Positions 44,046 to 55,959 of a stretch of 64,000 nucleotides of DNA are shown here, piece by piece; position 1 is the stretch's first letter; each line of letters starts with the position of its first letter. The stretch lies in the NCBI RefSeq assembly GCF_054482525.1, contig NZ_CM137006.1. One strand, 5' to 3'. Under the pieces are notes generated by a model that saw nothing but the letters and a program-made list of their open reading frames with translations, ran no database searches and had not been told where the DNA came from. Position numbers and translations under genes: made by a program.

Positions 44046-44270
44046 TTACACCTCTTTGACGCTCTCCTGCTGCAGGATTTTGAGCATCTCATCTTTTAAC
44101 TGTAGCTTTTGTTTTTTCATGCGGACCACTTCCGCATTGTACCCTCGACCGTCGGAACCTTCCTTTTTGGCAATTTCATGATCAAGTTTATTGTGTTTAT
44201 CGAACAAGGACATAAAGCGAGGATTTTCGTTTTTCAGACGGGATATTAAATCTCGGTATTCTGGAAACAT
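44046..44270 (-). CDS. ydcH: DUF465-family small protein
   Basis: About 74 aa; coiled-coil-like small protein. Confidence 0.7.
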   Translation of the reverse strand: MFPEYRDLISRLKNENPRFMSLFDKHNKLDHEIAKKEGSDGRGYNAEVVRMKKQKLQLKDEMLKILQQESVKEV

Positions 44271-44409
44271 ACGCACTCCCTGTTAGTGGCTGACAAGGTG
44301 TATCTGAAATACACACCATCAGATTACTCATTTAACTTAGGGAAAAATGCGAGCGGGATCGTGTTTAACCAGACGGCACCTCCCGAAGAAGGTACCGAAG
44401 AAAAAACGA

Positions 44410-46065
44410 TTAACTCATCACGCGGTCGTCAACATACTGACGTTTATCGGGCGCTGGCGGGAAATACTGATACAGCCATGTTTCACTGATAGCGTCGCCC
44501 TGACAACGCAGATACATCCGCATATCGACCGGATCAGTGGAGTCCGAAGTCGGATACCAGTCAAACTGAATACGATAACCATCAATGGGTTCAATATAGA
44601 GAATTTCGATTTGCTTCGCTTCCCCACTGGAAAGCGTAATCACCGGCTCAATGCCTTTTGGCGCGGCAGCTTTCAGATCACCACCAACGAAATCGACGGC
44701 AAAACGACGCGCCCATTTTTCGGGATAGTGTTCACCTGGAGCCCAACCTTCCGGGAAACCGCCCATGCCGGTACGCGTCGCCATAACGCGCGCTAATGGG
44801 CAATGAACAGGCGGTTGCGCACTCCAGTACAGACGATACTGGAATGCAAACTCATCACCCGCTTTTACAGCTTTTTCTGGCTGCCAGAAGCAGACAATGT
44901 TATCCAGCGTTTCGCCCGTTGTTGGGATTTCCATCAGGCCGATGGTGCCCTTACCCCACTTGTTACGCGGCTCCACCCACAGACTTGGGCGTTTGTTATA
45001 CCAGCCCATAATGTCCTGATAATGGGAGAAATCACGATCCAGTTGCAATAAACCAAACCCTTTCGGGTTGTTGTCGGTGTAAGCATTGAACTGCAATTTT
45101 TGCGGATTATTCAGCGGACGGCAAATCCACTCGCCATTGCCCCGCCACATGGACAGACGATCTGAGTCATGGATTTGCGGATGAATGGTGTCGCACATCC
45201 GACGTTCATTAGTACCGCAGCTGAACATGCTGGTCATCGGCGCAATGCCCAGCTGTTTAATGTCTTTGCGCGCATACAGGTGATTTTCCACATCCATAAT
45301 CACCTGACTTTTCTCACAATGGATAGTGAACTTATAGGCACCAGTAATGCTGGCGCTATCGAGCAACGCATAAACGGTAAAGGTGGTTGCCCCCGGTTTT
45401 ACCGTATCAAACCAGAAGGCGGTAAAGTCGGGGAACTCTTCTTTACTGTCGGTGTAAGTGTCGATCGCCAGGCCGCGAGCCGACAAACCGTATTGATATG
45501 TATCATCAACCGCGCGGAAATAACTCGCGCCGAGGAATGATACGACATCACGGCGCGCCAGTTCGGGGGCTTTAAACACGCGAAAACCGGCAAAACCGAG
45601 ATCGCTTTGCCCTTCTAATTGTTTGGTATCAACACCCGCATCGTTGTATTTGAACAACTCCGGGCGAAAGTGAATTTCACGCGCCAGATGTGTTGCGGGA
45701 TCAACAGAAAACATACGAACGCGGCGACGGAATCCCATTCCCATATGGAAGAACTGAGCGTCCAGTTGACGGTTCTCAACGTTATGCCAGAGCGATTTTT
45801 CGGCGTCGTATTGAATACTGTTATAAGCCTGCGGCGTCATTGTCGCCAGAGTGTCAGGTAACGGACGCGGCGCACTACGCCACGCGGTTTGCGCTAAGTC
45901 GTGCGCCATTGACTGTAGAATGGAGAAGTCAAAACGCTGGGTTTGCCCGTCGGCAATATCAGAATCTGCCGCGAATGCCGCCTGAGAAAAAAGAGAAGCA
46001 ATGCCGCTGGTACCGCACACGGCGGCCATAGCCATTGAACCTTTAATAAATCGTCTACGATCCAT
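44410..46065 (-). CDS. opgD: Glucans biosynthesis protein D (periplasmic, Tat-exported)
   Basis: 551 aa; twin-arginine signal [16 protein letters not shown]. Confidence 0.9.
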   Translation of the reverse strand: MDRRRFIKGSMAMAAVCGTSGIASLFSQAAFAADSDIADGQTQRFDFSILQSMAHDLAQTAWRSAPRPLPDTLATMTPQAYNSIQYDAEKSLWHNVENRQLDAQFFHMGMGFRRRVRMFSVDPATHLAREIHFRPELFKYNDAGVDTKQLEGQSDLGFAGFRVFKAPELARRDVVSFLGASYFRAVDDTYQYGLSARGLAIDTYTDSKEEFPDFTAFWFDTVKPGATTFTVYALLDSASITGAYKFTIHCEKSQVIMDVENHLYARKDIKQLGIAPMTSMFSCGTNERRMCDTIHPQIHDSDRLSMWRGNGEWICRPLNNPQKLQFNAYTDNNPKGFGLLQLDRDFSHYQDIMGWYNKRPSLWVEPRNKWGKGTIGLMEIPTTGETLDNIVCFWQPEKAVKAGDEFAFQYRLYWSAQPPVHCPLARVMATRTGMGGFPEGWAPGEHYPEKWARRFAVDFVGGDLKAAAPKGIEPVITLSSGEAKQIEILYIEPIDGYRIQFDWYPTSDSTDPVDMRMYLRCQGDAISETWLYQYFPPAPDKRQYVDDRVMS

Positions 46066-46289
46066 ACCTGAAAGTGAGTCCTTCTGGTGTTGTGAATGGT
46101 CCCGCGCTGGTCGTTTTCAGCGGCAAGAAAGTGCTTATTTATGACCGCTCACTCTAGACAATATTTATTAATAATCCAATTGTTGAACTCAGAGAATATG
46201 CATTAATCGGCAATTTTTTTATGTCGATGGGATGAGCCTGATTCGTTTGTAAAATCAGGCAAATTTTTGCAAAGGCGGATGGTCAGAAT

Positions 46290-47633
46290 TTAAAGCAAAC
46301 CACAGCGACGTTTACTGCGTTCTTCCGCTTCCTGATAAAGCTGGAACTCATCCAAAACCGGGCAGCCCAACGCCTGCTCAAATGCTTCGCGACTGGCATT
46401 ACCGTGACTGCGTGCCTGCGTTTCATTACCCAGATTTGACTGGAAGATCCCCGCCGCGCTAACAGGCAAGAAATCTTCATAGGTAATGGGTTGCGCCACT
46501 ACCCAACCACGTTCAATTAAGGGCTGTGGATCGTCTCCGGAATGAATCGCCTGACGATGCGCCTCACCTGAAGGCGTCAGACGGTACCGGAACCATGCCA
46601 ACCCTTGCTGACGCATTAAAAACTCACTGTCAGGAAAAGTGCGGAAGGTTTCCTGTAAATGCATTTGGTGAGTGAGATTATCCTGACCGGTTCCAGCGTT
46701 ACGCAGAAGATCATCATACAGTTGTCGCCCTTTCGGCGTTAATGCCACACCACGCTGCTCTATTTCACCAAAGCGCGCGGTATGCGTACCCTGTTTCTGC
46801 CCTGCAAACAACACCGTCTCTTCCAGTGCTTTAAAGCTGGTCTGGCGTAGTAAAATAGGTACCTCGCGGCGCGGCGGCCCTTCGATCAGAATTTTGGGTT
46901 CAATCCCGCATTCAGGCATCATCGACTGCACCCGGTCAATATCCAGCGTACGTGGCGTCAGGTGGTTGATATGGCATCCAGGAAAACAGACCACATCAGC
47001 AATCAACCGATGTTCGTTGTGCAAGGCGCGATAGGTTTCTTCATCTACCGTTGCTGACTGGTGCCAACGAAACGTTTCCAGGGCTTCCTGCACAAACTCC
47101 TGTGCCTGTGTTTCGTTAAAACCGCCCCGCTGCTCATATTCCTCTAACAGTTGTCGACAACGTGGGGTGAAGATATCGCGCTGACGCAGAATCTCCGCCG
47201 CTTTCTGGCGCAAAATTTCGTTCTCGATAAGCTCAAGGCGGAGTAATGAAGTAAAAACGCGGAAGGGATTACGCGCCAGAGAAGCATCATCAATGGGCCG
47301 AAATGCTGTCGAATGTACCGGCACCCCCGCCTGCGAGAGATCGTAATAGCTCACCGGGTACATCCCCATAATGGCAAACATCCGCCGAAGAGTAGCAAGC
47401 TCTTGTGCAGTCCCAACACGAATCGCCCCATGACGTTCAACATTCAGTCGCGCCAGCTCGTCTGCATTTACCATTTTTTCGTGCAGTTGAGGATTGTTTT
47501 CCAGCACAGCCAGATTCACATCAGCTACCAGTTCCAGCAGCGTGCCGTACTGCGGAACTTCTTGCTGGTACATGGCTGACATTGCCTGCGAAAACTGTTC
47601 CCGAATCTCATCCGCCGTGATGCTGTTCGCCAT
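46290..47633 (-). CDS. ydcJ: DUF1338-family protein
   Basis: 447 aa; size and position match YdcJ. Confidence 0.8.
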   Translation of the reverse strand: MANSITADEIREQFSQAMSAMYQQEVPQYGTLLELVADVNLAVLENNPQLHEKMVNADELARLNVERHGAIRVGTAQELATLRRMFAIMGMYPVSYYDLSQAGVPVHSTAFRPIDDASLARNPFRVFTSLLRLELIENEILRQKAAEILRQRDIFTPRCRQLLEEYEQRGGFNETQAQEFVQEALETFRWHQSATVDEETYRALHNEHRLIADVVCFPGCHINHLTPRTLDIDRVQSMMPECGIEPKILIEGPPRREVPILLRQTSFKALEETVLFAGQKQGTHTARFGEIEQRGVALTPKGRQLYDDLLRNAGTGQDNLTHQMHLQETFRTFPDSEFLMRQQGLAWFRYRLTPSGEAHRQAIHSGDDPQPLIERGWVVAQPITYEDFLPVSAAGIFQSNLGNETQARSHGNASREAFEQALGCPVLDEFQLYQEAEERSKRRCGLL

Positions 47634-47849
47634 AGTGTCTGCCTCCAGTGGTCAGTAATCTGGAGTGTAGGTAACCGCATTCACTCCGGCGGGAAGAATT
47701 TACAAACTGTGATCTCGCCGCGAAAACATCAATATTATCCATTTTGCTGTAACATAATTGCTTTAATTGTTAATAATATTTTGCAATCAAGTTATCATAA
47801 TCAAACAACTTCACTTGTCAGCGACACCGCTTCGTTTTTAACATCGCTT

Positions 47850-48773
47850 ATGGAAAAAAATAGTCTGTTTAGTCAGCGCATCCGTTTGCGCCACCTTCAT
47901 ACATTCGTAGCTGTCGCACAACAAGGAACTTTGGGGCGCGCGGCTGAAACCCTTAATTTGAGTCAACCTGCGCTCTCTAAGACATTGAATGAACTGGAGC
48001 AACTGACGGGCGCTCGCTTGTTTGAGCGTGGTCGTCAGGGGGCGCAACTTACCTTACCCGGCGAACAATTTTTAACGCATGCAGTCAGAGTTCTTGACGC
48101 CATCAACACTGCCGGACAGTCGCTTCATCGTAAAGAAGGTCTTAATAATGATGTCGTCAGGGTTGGTGCACTACCTACTGCGGCACTGGGGATATTACCT
48201 TCGGTTATAGGTCAGTTTCATCAGCAACAAAAAGAGACGACCTTGCAAGTTGCGACAATGAGTAACCCTATGATTCTTGCGGGTTTAAAAACCGGGGAAA
48301 TCGATATCGGCATTGGTCGGATGTCAGATCCTGAACTGATGACCGGGCTTAATTACGAACTGCTGTTTCTTGAATCGCTGAAGCTGGTTGTCCGCCCCAA
48401 TCATCCGCTACTTCAGGAGAACGTAACGCTAAGCCGGGTGCTGGAATGGCCGGTCGTTGTATCACCAGAAGGCACTGCGCCACGCCAGCATTCAGATGCA
48501 TTAGTGCAGAGCCAGGGATGTAAAATTCCTTCGGGTTGTATCGAAACGCTGTCTGCTTCGCTATCTCGTCAACTTACGGTTGAATACGACTACGTGTGGT
48601 TTGTCCCTTCTGGCGCGGTAAAAGACGACCTGCGTCATGCCACGCTGGTGGCCCTGCCTGTTCCGGGACATGGTGCAGGCGAACCGATTGGAATACTGAC
48701 CCGCGTAGATGCAACGTTCTCTTCTGGTTGCCAGTTGATGATTAACGCTATTCGAAAATCAATGCCGTTCTGA
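47850..48773 (+). CDS. ydcI: LysR-family transcriptional regulator
   Basis: 307 aa from MEKNSLFSQRIRLRHLHTFVAVAQ...; LysR HTH. The track ORF has a 47-codon upstream extension. Confidence 0.85.
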   Translation: MEKNSLFSQRIRLRHLHTFVAVAQQGTLGRAAETLNLSQPALSKTLNELEQLTGARLFERGRQGAQLTLPGEQFLTHAVRVLDAINTAGQSLHRKEGLNNDVVRVGALPTAALGILPSVIGQFHQQQKETTLQVATMSNPMILAGLKTGEIDIGIGRMSDPELMTGLNYELLFLESLKLVVRPNHPLLQENVTLSRVLEWPVVVSPEGTAPRQHSDALVQSQGCKIPSGCIETLSASLSRQLTVEYDYVWFVPSGAVKDDLRHATLVALPVPGHGAGEPIGILTRVDATFSSGCQLMINAIRKSMPF

Positions 48774-48778
48774 AAGGT

Positions 48779-48800
48779 GAAGGGATCTGTCGATCCCTTC
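48779..48800. terminator. Hairpin between convergent ydcI and trg
   Basis: gaagggatc tgtc gatcccttc. Confidence 0.5.
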
Positions 48801-48811
48801 CTTGAACATTT

Positions 48812-50452
48812 TCACACCGTAGCGAAACTAACTTGTTCACCCGCTCCGCGAGGTTCTGCCAACACAGAATGTTTGTTCAGACGGAATACGTCCACCGCCT
48901 CAGTTAATCGTGCCGCCTGTTCTTCAAGGGACACCGCCGCCGCTGAGGCCTCTTCTACCAGAGAAGCATTCTGTTGCGTCACCTTATCCATTTCAGAAAT
49001 CGCCTGGCTAACCTGAGTTATGCCTCTGCTTTGTTCATCCGAGGCAGCGGCGATTTCCTGCATGATATGTGTGACACTCGCGACGGCATCAACAATAGTG
49101 CTCATGGTTTTCCCTGCCATTGCCACCTCATCCGACCCCAGGTCAATTAACCTGACTGATTCACTGATCAAGCCTTCAATCTCTTTCGCCGCCTGAGCGC
49201 TGCGGCTTGCGAGTGTCCGTACTTCGCTGGCGACAACGGCAAATCCACGCCCTTGCTCACCCGCTCGCGCGGCTTCAACGGCAGCATTCAGTGCCAGAAT
49301 ATTCGTCTGGAAAGCAATACTGTTGATGACGGAAGTGATCTCGGAAATTTTCTTCGAACTCGTGGAGATAGCGCCCATCGTTTTTACTACACCGGAAACC
49401 GTCTGCCCGCCATCGCTGGCTTTAATAGAAGCCTCCTGCGCCAGTTTGCTGGCATGATGCGCGTTATCCGCATTCTGTTTCACCGTCGCAGTGAGTTGCT
49501 CCATGCTGGCGGCAGTTTGTTCAATTGCCGCCGCTTGTTCTTCGGTGCGAGATGACAGGTCCGCATTGCCAGCTGAAATTTCGCTGGTGCCACGATAAAT
49601 CTCTTCCGCACCCTGTCGAACAGTCCCTACTGTCGTCCCCAGTGAATGCTGCATTTGCTGTAAATGACGACTTAAGCGACCGATTTCATTACGACCCGCC
49701 GGTTCATCATTCATCGTCAGATCGCCACTGGCGATTTTTTCAATCCGTTGTGCGGCATGTTGCAGTGGACGAATGACGATCCGACGTAGCACTATAAATG
49801 TTATCAGCGTCATGACCAGGGCAAGCACAAACGCGCCAATCATGAACATCCCACCCAGGCGGGTGCGCTGATGGGCCAGTTCCGCCAGTTGGTTGGCTCT
49901 GGTGCTACGTATCTTAACGGCTTTGCTCAAAATATCGGTATAAGCATTATCCAGCGGTCGGATCTGCTCACTTTCATGATTGATAATCGCTTCAAACATG
50001 CCATTTTTGGCATATTTCAACATAGGTTGCATACCCGTGATATAAGCCTGGAAGCGTTGATTTAATTCAGTGTCGAGGGCTTCATCAGCAGGTGTTTTCA
50101 CCGACCGATTCTGATAAGCACGATAACCTTGCTGCGACTGTTTAATCTCCGATTCGGCTTGCGCAATATTTCGCTTCATTGCCTCCATTTCCGCAATACG
50201 ACTCGCAGCCCCGGCCTGAATCATATTGATCCGGGCTGAACGCAAAAAATCTGAACTGTTCGCTAACCCGGTCCGAATCTCAATCTCCGCAGTAACATCC
50301 CGCTGATCGCGATCGGCCTGCCAAAGGAAATAGCCGGCCAGGGCTGAACTTAATGCGAATAGAACTAAGATACCGCCAAGAATGCAGGCAAATAACGGAA
50401 CCAGCCTGATGTGATGCAAAAAACCTAATCGCTGTGAGGGAGTTGTATTCAT
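48812..50452 (-). CDS. trg: Methyl-accepting chemotaxis protein III (ribose/galactose sensor)
   Basis: 546 aa; two TM segments, HAMP and the conserved MCP signalling domain. Confidence 0.9.
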   Translation of the reverse strand: MNTTPSQRLGFLHHIRLVPLFACILGGILVLFALSSALAGYFLWQADRDQRDVTAEIEIRTGLANSSDFLRSARINMIQAGAASRIAEMEAMKRNIAQAESEIKQSQQGYRAYQNRSVKTPADEALDTELNQRFQAYITGMQPMLKYAKNGMFEAIINHESEQIRPLDNAYTDILSKAVKIRSTRANQLAELAHQRTRLGGMFMIGAFVLALVMTLITFIVLRRIVIRPLQHAAQRIEKIASGDLTMNDEPAGRNEIGRLSRHLQQMQHSLGTTVGTVRQGAEEIYRGTSEISAGNADLSSRTEEQAAAIEQTAASMEQLTATVKQNADNAHHASKLAQEASIKASDGGQTVSGVVKTMGAISTSSKKISEITSVINSIAFQTNILALNAAVEAARAGEQGRGFAVVASEVRTLASRSAQAAKEIEGLISESVRLIDLGSDEVAMAGKTMSTIVDAVASVTHIMQEIAAASDEQSRGITQVSQAISEMDKVTQQNASLVEEASAAAVSLEEQAARLTEAVDVFRLNKHSVLAEPRGAGEQVSFATV

Positions 50453-50707
50453 TACCGTTGTCTCTCTTCCAGGTTTACTCCTGATAGAAAGTCATCGGCA
50501 CTTGACGGTAATTACTTACGACCAAAAACCTCTTTGCGTCACATTTTTACAACAATTATGGCAGAGAAGAATAATGCCATTGGAATGAAGAGAGTAACGA
50601 ATGATTAAACTGGCTAAACCGAATGACGAAAAATTCTGGAAAACAGCACGCAATTTCGTCAGGTGATTATTTTCGTCCCTAAGGAAACCACATAGGATGC
50701 TCACGGG

Positions 50708-50763
50708 TGCCTGAGACTTTCTGTTTTCAGGCTAACCGGGAATCAGAAAGACGAAGGCCCCGA
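50708..50763 (-). ncRNA. sokB: Putative Sok antisense RNA of the hokB locus (approximate position)
   Basis: Inferred from hok/sok architecture: antisense to the hok mRNA leader just upstream of mokB; the segment holds hairpin-forming sequence (gcctgagactttctgttttcaggc). Boundaries not determined. Confidence 0.25.
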
Positions 50764-50792
50764 CCGATATTTCTATCAACCGAGGCCAACGA

Positions 50793-51000
<208 letters not shown>

Positions 51001-51071
51001 GGGCAAGCGCGGGGATTTTCCCCGCGCATCTGACTAGCGGATTCATTTTCTCATGGCACCCCTTTTACACT

Positions 51072-51245
51072 TCAGTTAGTGCATGTTTTTTTCGATGCAC
51101 TAATAGAACCATCATTACAGACAAATTTGCCGCCTGCCGTACAGTGTGAGACCCCCCCTTTCGAACCAGAACAGGGTTTGCGCCCGGCATCGGCATAAAA
51201 GGAAGCAAGCGCTCCCATAACCAAGATAAGTGCCAATTTTTTCAT
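51072..51245 (-). CDS. ydcA: Small secreted Cys-containing protein
   Basis: Hand-translated: MKKLALILVMGALASFYADAGRKPCSGSKGGVSHCTAGGKFVCNDGSISASKKTCTN*; 57 aa with signal peptide. Confidence 0.75.
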   Translation of the reverse strand: MKKLALILVMGALASFYADAGRKPCSGSKGGVSHCTAGGKFVCNDGSISASKKTCTN

Positions 51246-51489
51246 ATAACCTCCATGGTTTATCGAATCTTATGTTCGATTTGAACGTTATACGTTGGTT
51301 TATTTTGATACCGTTGATGAGATCAAAGATCGGGTGAATTGATTAAAAATAAGCCAGATGGACGTATGGGCAAGGATTATGGTTTTATTTGTCATACAAA
51401 TAAATATAATAGGCGCTTCCGATGTAGACCCGTATTCTTCGCCTGTACCACGGGTCGGTTTTAGTACAGGCGTTTTCTTTAAATATCCT

Positions 51490-52020
51490 TCAGGAACGTT
51501 TACGCGGCATCATGCGTAGAAGTGTGTTGTCCTTCCAGAAATAGTGGTGTGCCAGTGCAGCCGCAGCGTGCAACCCGATGACAAAATATCCCAGATTCGC
51601 CAGCGTCTCATGCCACGACTTTAAGCTATCAACCCGTTCGAAATTGGCCTCTGATGCATAAGGCATCGTCATACCAAACGCAAACCACGGGTTACCCCGG
51701 TTATACATCATCACCAAACCAATCACTGGCAGCGCAATAAACAGGAGATAGATCACCAAATGTCCCAAATGCGCCAGTCCCGTCATCATCGGTTTTGGCT
51801 TAGGTATAATCGGCGGGGTTGGGTATTTCAGCCTTAACAAAAGACGAACCACCATCAGCACGAGAATTGTGATGCCACAGGAAACATGAATCATGTTGAT
51901 GAGTGGCCGATCGCTACGTGGGAAGAAACCACGAAACTCCATTGCGCAATACGCTGCGATAACCAGTAAAAAGACCAGCCAGTGAATGCTGATTTGTAAC
52001 CTTGAGTATTTATTTTCCAT
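51490..52020 (-). CDS. cybB: Cytochrome b561
   Basis: 176 aa from MENKYSRLQISIHWLVFLLVIAAY...; four TM helices with conserved His. Confidence 0.85.
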   Translation of the reverse strand: MENKYSRLQISIHWLVFLLVIAAYCAMEFRGFFPRSDRPLINMIHVSCGITILVLMVVRLLLRLKYPTPPIIPKPKPMMTGLAHLGHLVIYLLFIALPVIGLVMMYNRGNPWFAFGMTMPYASEANFERVDSLKSWHETLANLGYFVIGLHAAAALAHHYFWKDNTLLRMMPRKRS

Positions 52021-52208
52021 AACATTTCCTGCTTTAAAACAATTTGCCGTTAACATAACGAGCTTTTCTTAAAATTTCATTAAATATTGTTCACCCGTTT
52101 TCAGTACGTTACGTTTCACGGCAAGAATGTAGATTGCCCATCCCGCCATCCTGGTCTAAGCCTGGAAAGGATCAATTTTCATCCGAACGTTCCTGACAGG
52201 AGAAGACC

Positions 52209-53210
52209 ATGAGTAAAGTTGGTATTAACGGTTTTGGTCGTATCGGTCGACTGGTGTTGCGTCGATTACTTGAAGTCAAAAGCAACATAGACATTGTTGC
52301 TATTAATGATCTCACTTCCCCAAAAATTCTCGCCTACCTGCTGAAACATGATTCAAACTACGGACCGTTCCCCTGGAGCGTTGATTTTACGGAAGATTCA
52401 CTTATCGTTGATGGAAAAAGTATCGCGGTTTACGCCGAAAAAGAGGCTAAAAATATTCCATGGAAAGCGAAAGGCGCAGAAATCATTGTCGAATGTACTG
52501 GCTTTTATACCTCCGCCGAGAAATCGCAGGCGCACCTTGATGCTGGTGCGAAGAAGGTGTTGATTTCCGCCCCTGCCGGTGAAATGAAAACCATCGTTTA
52601 TAACGTCAATGACGACACACTGGATGGCAACGACACCATTGTTTCCGTGGCGTCATGCACCACTAACTGCCTTGCGCCGATGGCCAAAGCCTTGCATGAC
52701 AGTTTCGGGATAGAAGTCGGCACGATGACGACCATTCATGCCTATACCGGCACTCAGTCACTGGTGGATGGCCCGCGTGGTAAAGATCTACGCGCTTCAC
52801 GTGCAGCGGCAGAAAATATCATTCCCCACACTACAGGTGCGGCAAAAGCCATTGGTCTGGTGATCCCAGAACTGAGCGGCAAACTGAAAGGTCATGCGCA
52901 ACGCGTACCCGTGAAAACCGGTTCGGTGACTGAACTGGTGTCTATTCTTGGAAAAAAAGTGACTGCCGAAGAAGTGAACAACGCGCTTAAAAAGGCGACA
53001 AACAATAACGAGTCATTTGGTTATACCGATGAAGAAATAGTCTCTTCTGATATCATAGGCAGCCATTTCGGGTCGGTGTTTGATGCCACGCAAACCGAAA
53101 TTACCGCCGTGGGCGATTTACAACTGGTGAAAACGGTCGCCTGGTACGATAACGAATATGGCTTCGTCACGCAGCTTATTCGCACCCTCGAAAAATTCGC
53201 TAAACTCTGA
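52209..53210 (+). CDS. gapC: Glyceraldehyde-3-phosphate dehydrogenase, intact second copy
   Basis: 333 aa uninterrupted; NAD-binding [10 protein letters not shown] and catalytic SCTTNC motifs present. Confidence 0.85.
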   Translation: MSKVGINGFGRIGRLVLRRLLEVKSNIDIVAINDLTSPKILAYLLKHDSNYGPFPWSVDFTEDSLIVDGKSIAVYAEKEAKNIPWKAKGAEIIVECTGFYTSAEKSQAHLDAGAKKVLISAPAGEMKTIVYNVNDDTLDGNDTIVSVASCTTNCLAPMAKALHDSFGIEVGTMTTIHAYTGTQSLVDGPRGKDLRASRAAAENIIPHTTGAAKAIGLVIPELSGKLKGHAQRVPVKTGSVTELVSILGKKVTAEEVNNALKKATNNNESFGYTDEEIVSSDIIGSHFGSVFDATQTEITAVGDLQLVKTVAWYDNEYGFVTQLIRTLEKFAKL

Positions 53211-53216
53211 CGCGCA

Positions 53217-53245
53217 AAGGCGGAGAGAAAAGCCTCCGCCTCTTT
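53217..53245. terminator. Hairpin between convergent gapC and aldA
   Basis: aaaggcggag agaaaagc ctccgcc followed by tcttt. Confidence 0.5.
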
Positions 53246-53251
53246 CACTCA

Positions 53252-54691
53252 TTACGACTGTAAATAAACCACCTGGGTCTGCAGATATTCATGCAGGCCA
53301 TGTTTACCATCTGCGCCGCCAATACCGGATTTACGCCATCCGGCGTGGAAGCCTTGCATAGCTTCGAAGTTTTCACGGTTAATGTAAGTTTCACCAAACT
53401 TCAGCCCTTTAATGGCTTTCATCGCGACGTTCAAATTTTGGGTATAGATTGATGAGGTCAGGCCGTAATCACTGTCATTAGCCATTGCGATAGCCTCTTC
53501 CAGCGTGTCAAATGCGACCAATGGCAGCACCGGGCCAAAGGTTTCCTCGTGCATAATCGACATTTCCTGGCGAACATCCAGTAGCAATGTCGGCGGATAA
53601 TAATATCCTTTCCCCTCTACCGCTTTGCCACCCAACGCCACTCTCGCCCCTTCTTCTACTGCGCGCGCCACTTTTTGCTCGACCCTTTCCAGCGCCGCGG
53701 CGTTAATCAACGGCCCCATCGCAATGTCGTTGCGTTCAGCGGGGTTACCAAATTGAACCGCCTGCATCGCTTCACCCAGCCGATTGACGAACTGATCATA
53801 AATGCCTTTCTGTACATAAACACGTTCTGCACAGTTACACACTTGCCCACTATTAATGACGCGTGAATCAACGATGGCTTTGACTGCCAGTTCAAGATCG
53901 GCATCGTCCATTACGATAGCTGGTGCTTTACCACCCAATTCCAGACACACTTTGGTGATGTTTTTCGCCGCAGTCGCCATGATCTTTTCACCTGCAGAGA
54001 CGCTGCCTGTCATACTGACCATTGCGACCTTTGGGTTACCCGCCAGTTCTTGCCCAACGGTTTCACCACGCCCCAGAACAAGGTTAAACACGCCGCGCGG
54101 AAGGCCTATTTCATCGACGATTTTGGCGAATGCAATCGCATTGTTTGGCGTAAATTCACTGGGTTTAATGACAATGGTATTACCGGTCAAAAGAGCGGGA
54201 GCCATTTTGCGGGCAATGAGGAAGAACGGGAAGTTCCACGGCAGAATGCCGGTAGTCACACCAAGCGCACGTTTAAACAGAAGAATATTTTCTCCTGGAC
54301 GATCGCTTTGAATAATCTCGCCCTCGTAACGCCGTGCCCACTCCGCCATGTAATCGATATAGTCCGCAGTAAAAGCCACTTCGACTTCAGCCAGCTGCTG
54401 GATCTTGCCCCCTTCTTCAACAATCAGCGCACTGATTTCACTGGCGCGTTCGCGGATCCCGGCGGAGATTTTGCGCAACCAACTGGCGCGTTCAATGGCA
54501 GGCAATGCTTCCCATTCTGGTTGTGCACGTTCTGCTGCATCGATTGCCTTACGGGCATCCTCGGCCTGACCATCGGGAATGCGGGAAATGACAGCCTCAG
54601 TAGCAGGGTTTACCACATCAATCCATGCGTCTCCACGCCAGGTAACAAACTGTCCATCGATATACATAGGATGTTGAACGTGTACTGACAT
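53252..54691 (-). CDS. aldA: Lactaldehyde dehydrogenase
   Basis: 479 aa; ALDH family with the catalytic Cys region. Confidence 0.9.
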   Translation of the reverse strand: MSVHVQHPMYIDGQFVTWRGDAWIDVVNPATEAVISRIPDGQAEDARKAIDAAERAQPEWEALPAIERASWLRKISAGIRERASEISALIVEEGGKIQQLAEVEVAFTADYIDYMAEWARRYEGEIIQSDRPGENILLFKRALGVTTGILPWNFPFFLIARKMAPALLTGNTIVIKPSEFTPNNAIAFAKIVDEIGLPRGVFNLVLGRGETVGQELAGNPKVAMVSMTGSVSAGEKIMATAAKNITKVCLELGGKAPAIVMDDADLELAVKAIVDSRVINSGQVCNCAERVYVQKGIYDQFVNRLGEAMQAVQFGNPAERNDIAMGPLINAAALERVEQKVARAVEEGARVALGGKAVEGKGYYYPPTLLLDVRQEMSIMHEETFGPVLPLVAFDTLEEAIAMANDSDYGLTSSIYTQNLNVAMKAIKGLKFGETYINRENFEAMQGFHAGWRKSGIGGADGKHGLHEYLQTQVVYLQS

Positions 54692-54887
54692 GGGCGACTC
54701 CTGTGATTTATATGTTTGTTTTCGGTGAATACATTGTTAATTAACATCAATCATCAAAGAGACGGCATCGTGAAAGGACAATTCTGTGAAGGGCTTCATA
54801 AAAACAAGTGTAAAAGGAATAAAAGGCAGAAATAAACGTCAGGAGTCATGCCCGTTTGCAAACAAGTGGTTCACAAACGGGCAATTT

Positions 54888-55688
54888 TTAACGTAACGAG
54901 CGACTTTCCATCGCCTCGATGAGCACCGCATCGTGTTTCAGCGTTTGCCATGCATGGATGACTTCTGCCGGAAAATCAACGTGAACGATAAAATCTCGCC
55001 CGCGGGGACCGTAGCCATCGCTATCATCGCGTAAACGCGGCAGCTCGCCAGTGAGTAGTGAGAGATAACGCTCAACCGGCCATAATCCTTGCAACGGATT
55101 AACAAAGATTACACTGTCTGCGTTGTTTCCTAGCTGAGGAACGAATCCGGGATAACTTAACCAGCGTGGTGCATCGGGATTGTCCCCAGTCATACGGCGG
55201 AACGTCGCCATCGTGCGCCGCTGCATGGTGGGGTCCTGAACAACGATAGCCGTATGAACTCGTTCTACGGCCTGATTCAATAGCGCGATGCTAAAGCGTG
55301 CGTTTTCACCGCAGTTTGTTGACTGGTCTTCAATCCAGATTTTTTCATGCGGAATGTGCCAGAACTGATGAGCGATATCCGCCAGGATGGTAGCTTCTGC
55401 TCTGCCAGTGGTGCGGATAGTGTTGTAGTGCGGATGCTGTGCGATGGCACTATACAAAAAAGTTGTCGAGTGACCGATACCACCACTAATCAGTAGAGGA
55501 ATTTGCTGATCGCGGGCAATCTTGCATGCCGCATCGATAGTTGGCATAACCGCATTGCCTGCAAGGATCACGCAATCGGCCTGATACGGCATCTCACCGG
55601 AGAAATCATCCTGCGCCAGCCACTGACCGATAACATTTATGGCATCTATGGTTGCCGGCGAAAGCGTCGGAAACGGGGTAATGTTCAT
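54888..55688 (-). CDS. ydcF: DUF218-domain protein
   Basis: 266 aa at the conserved position. Confidence 0.8.
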   Translation of the reverse strand: MNITPFPTLSPATIDAINVIGQWLAQDDFSGEMPYQADCVILAGNAVMPTIDAACKIARDQQIPLLISGGIGHSTTFLYSAIAQHPHYNTIRTTGRAEATILADIAHQFWHIPHEKIWIEDQSTNCGENARFSIALLNQAVERVHTAIVVQDPTMQRRTMATFRRMTGDNPDAPRWLSYPGFVPQLGNNADSVIFVNPLQGLWPVERYLSLLTGELPRLRDDSDGYGPRGRDFIVHVDFPAEVIHAWQTLKHDAVLIEAMESRSLR

Positions 55689-55902
55689 GGTTCCTCCTTA
55701 TCGTTCCCTTAAGAATACTGCGCGAGATAATAATGAGAAGCGGAGCACTCTGAAAGGAGGAAGTCGTATTTCCTTAACCGCCACTCCGCAAGCCTGCCAT
55801 ATCTTTTAAGGAAATGCTGTAGATAAACATTATTCATCTTGCAGCTGAGAATTGTATTTTTCTGAATTCCTGAATTTTTGCCCTTACCGTTTTAGAATTA
55901 AT

Positions 55903-55937
55903 AAAAAACCCGGCGCTAAATGCTTACCGGGTTTTAG
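55903..55937 (-). terminator. Intrinsic terminator 3' of hrpA
   Basis: aaaacccgg ... ccgggtttt stem followed on the minus-strand transcript by a run of six T then ATT. Confidence 0.6.
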
Positions 55938-55959
55938 ATTTATCAGGCAAATAGCAGTG

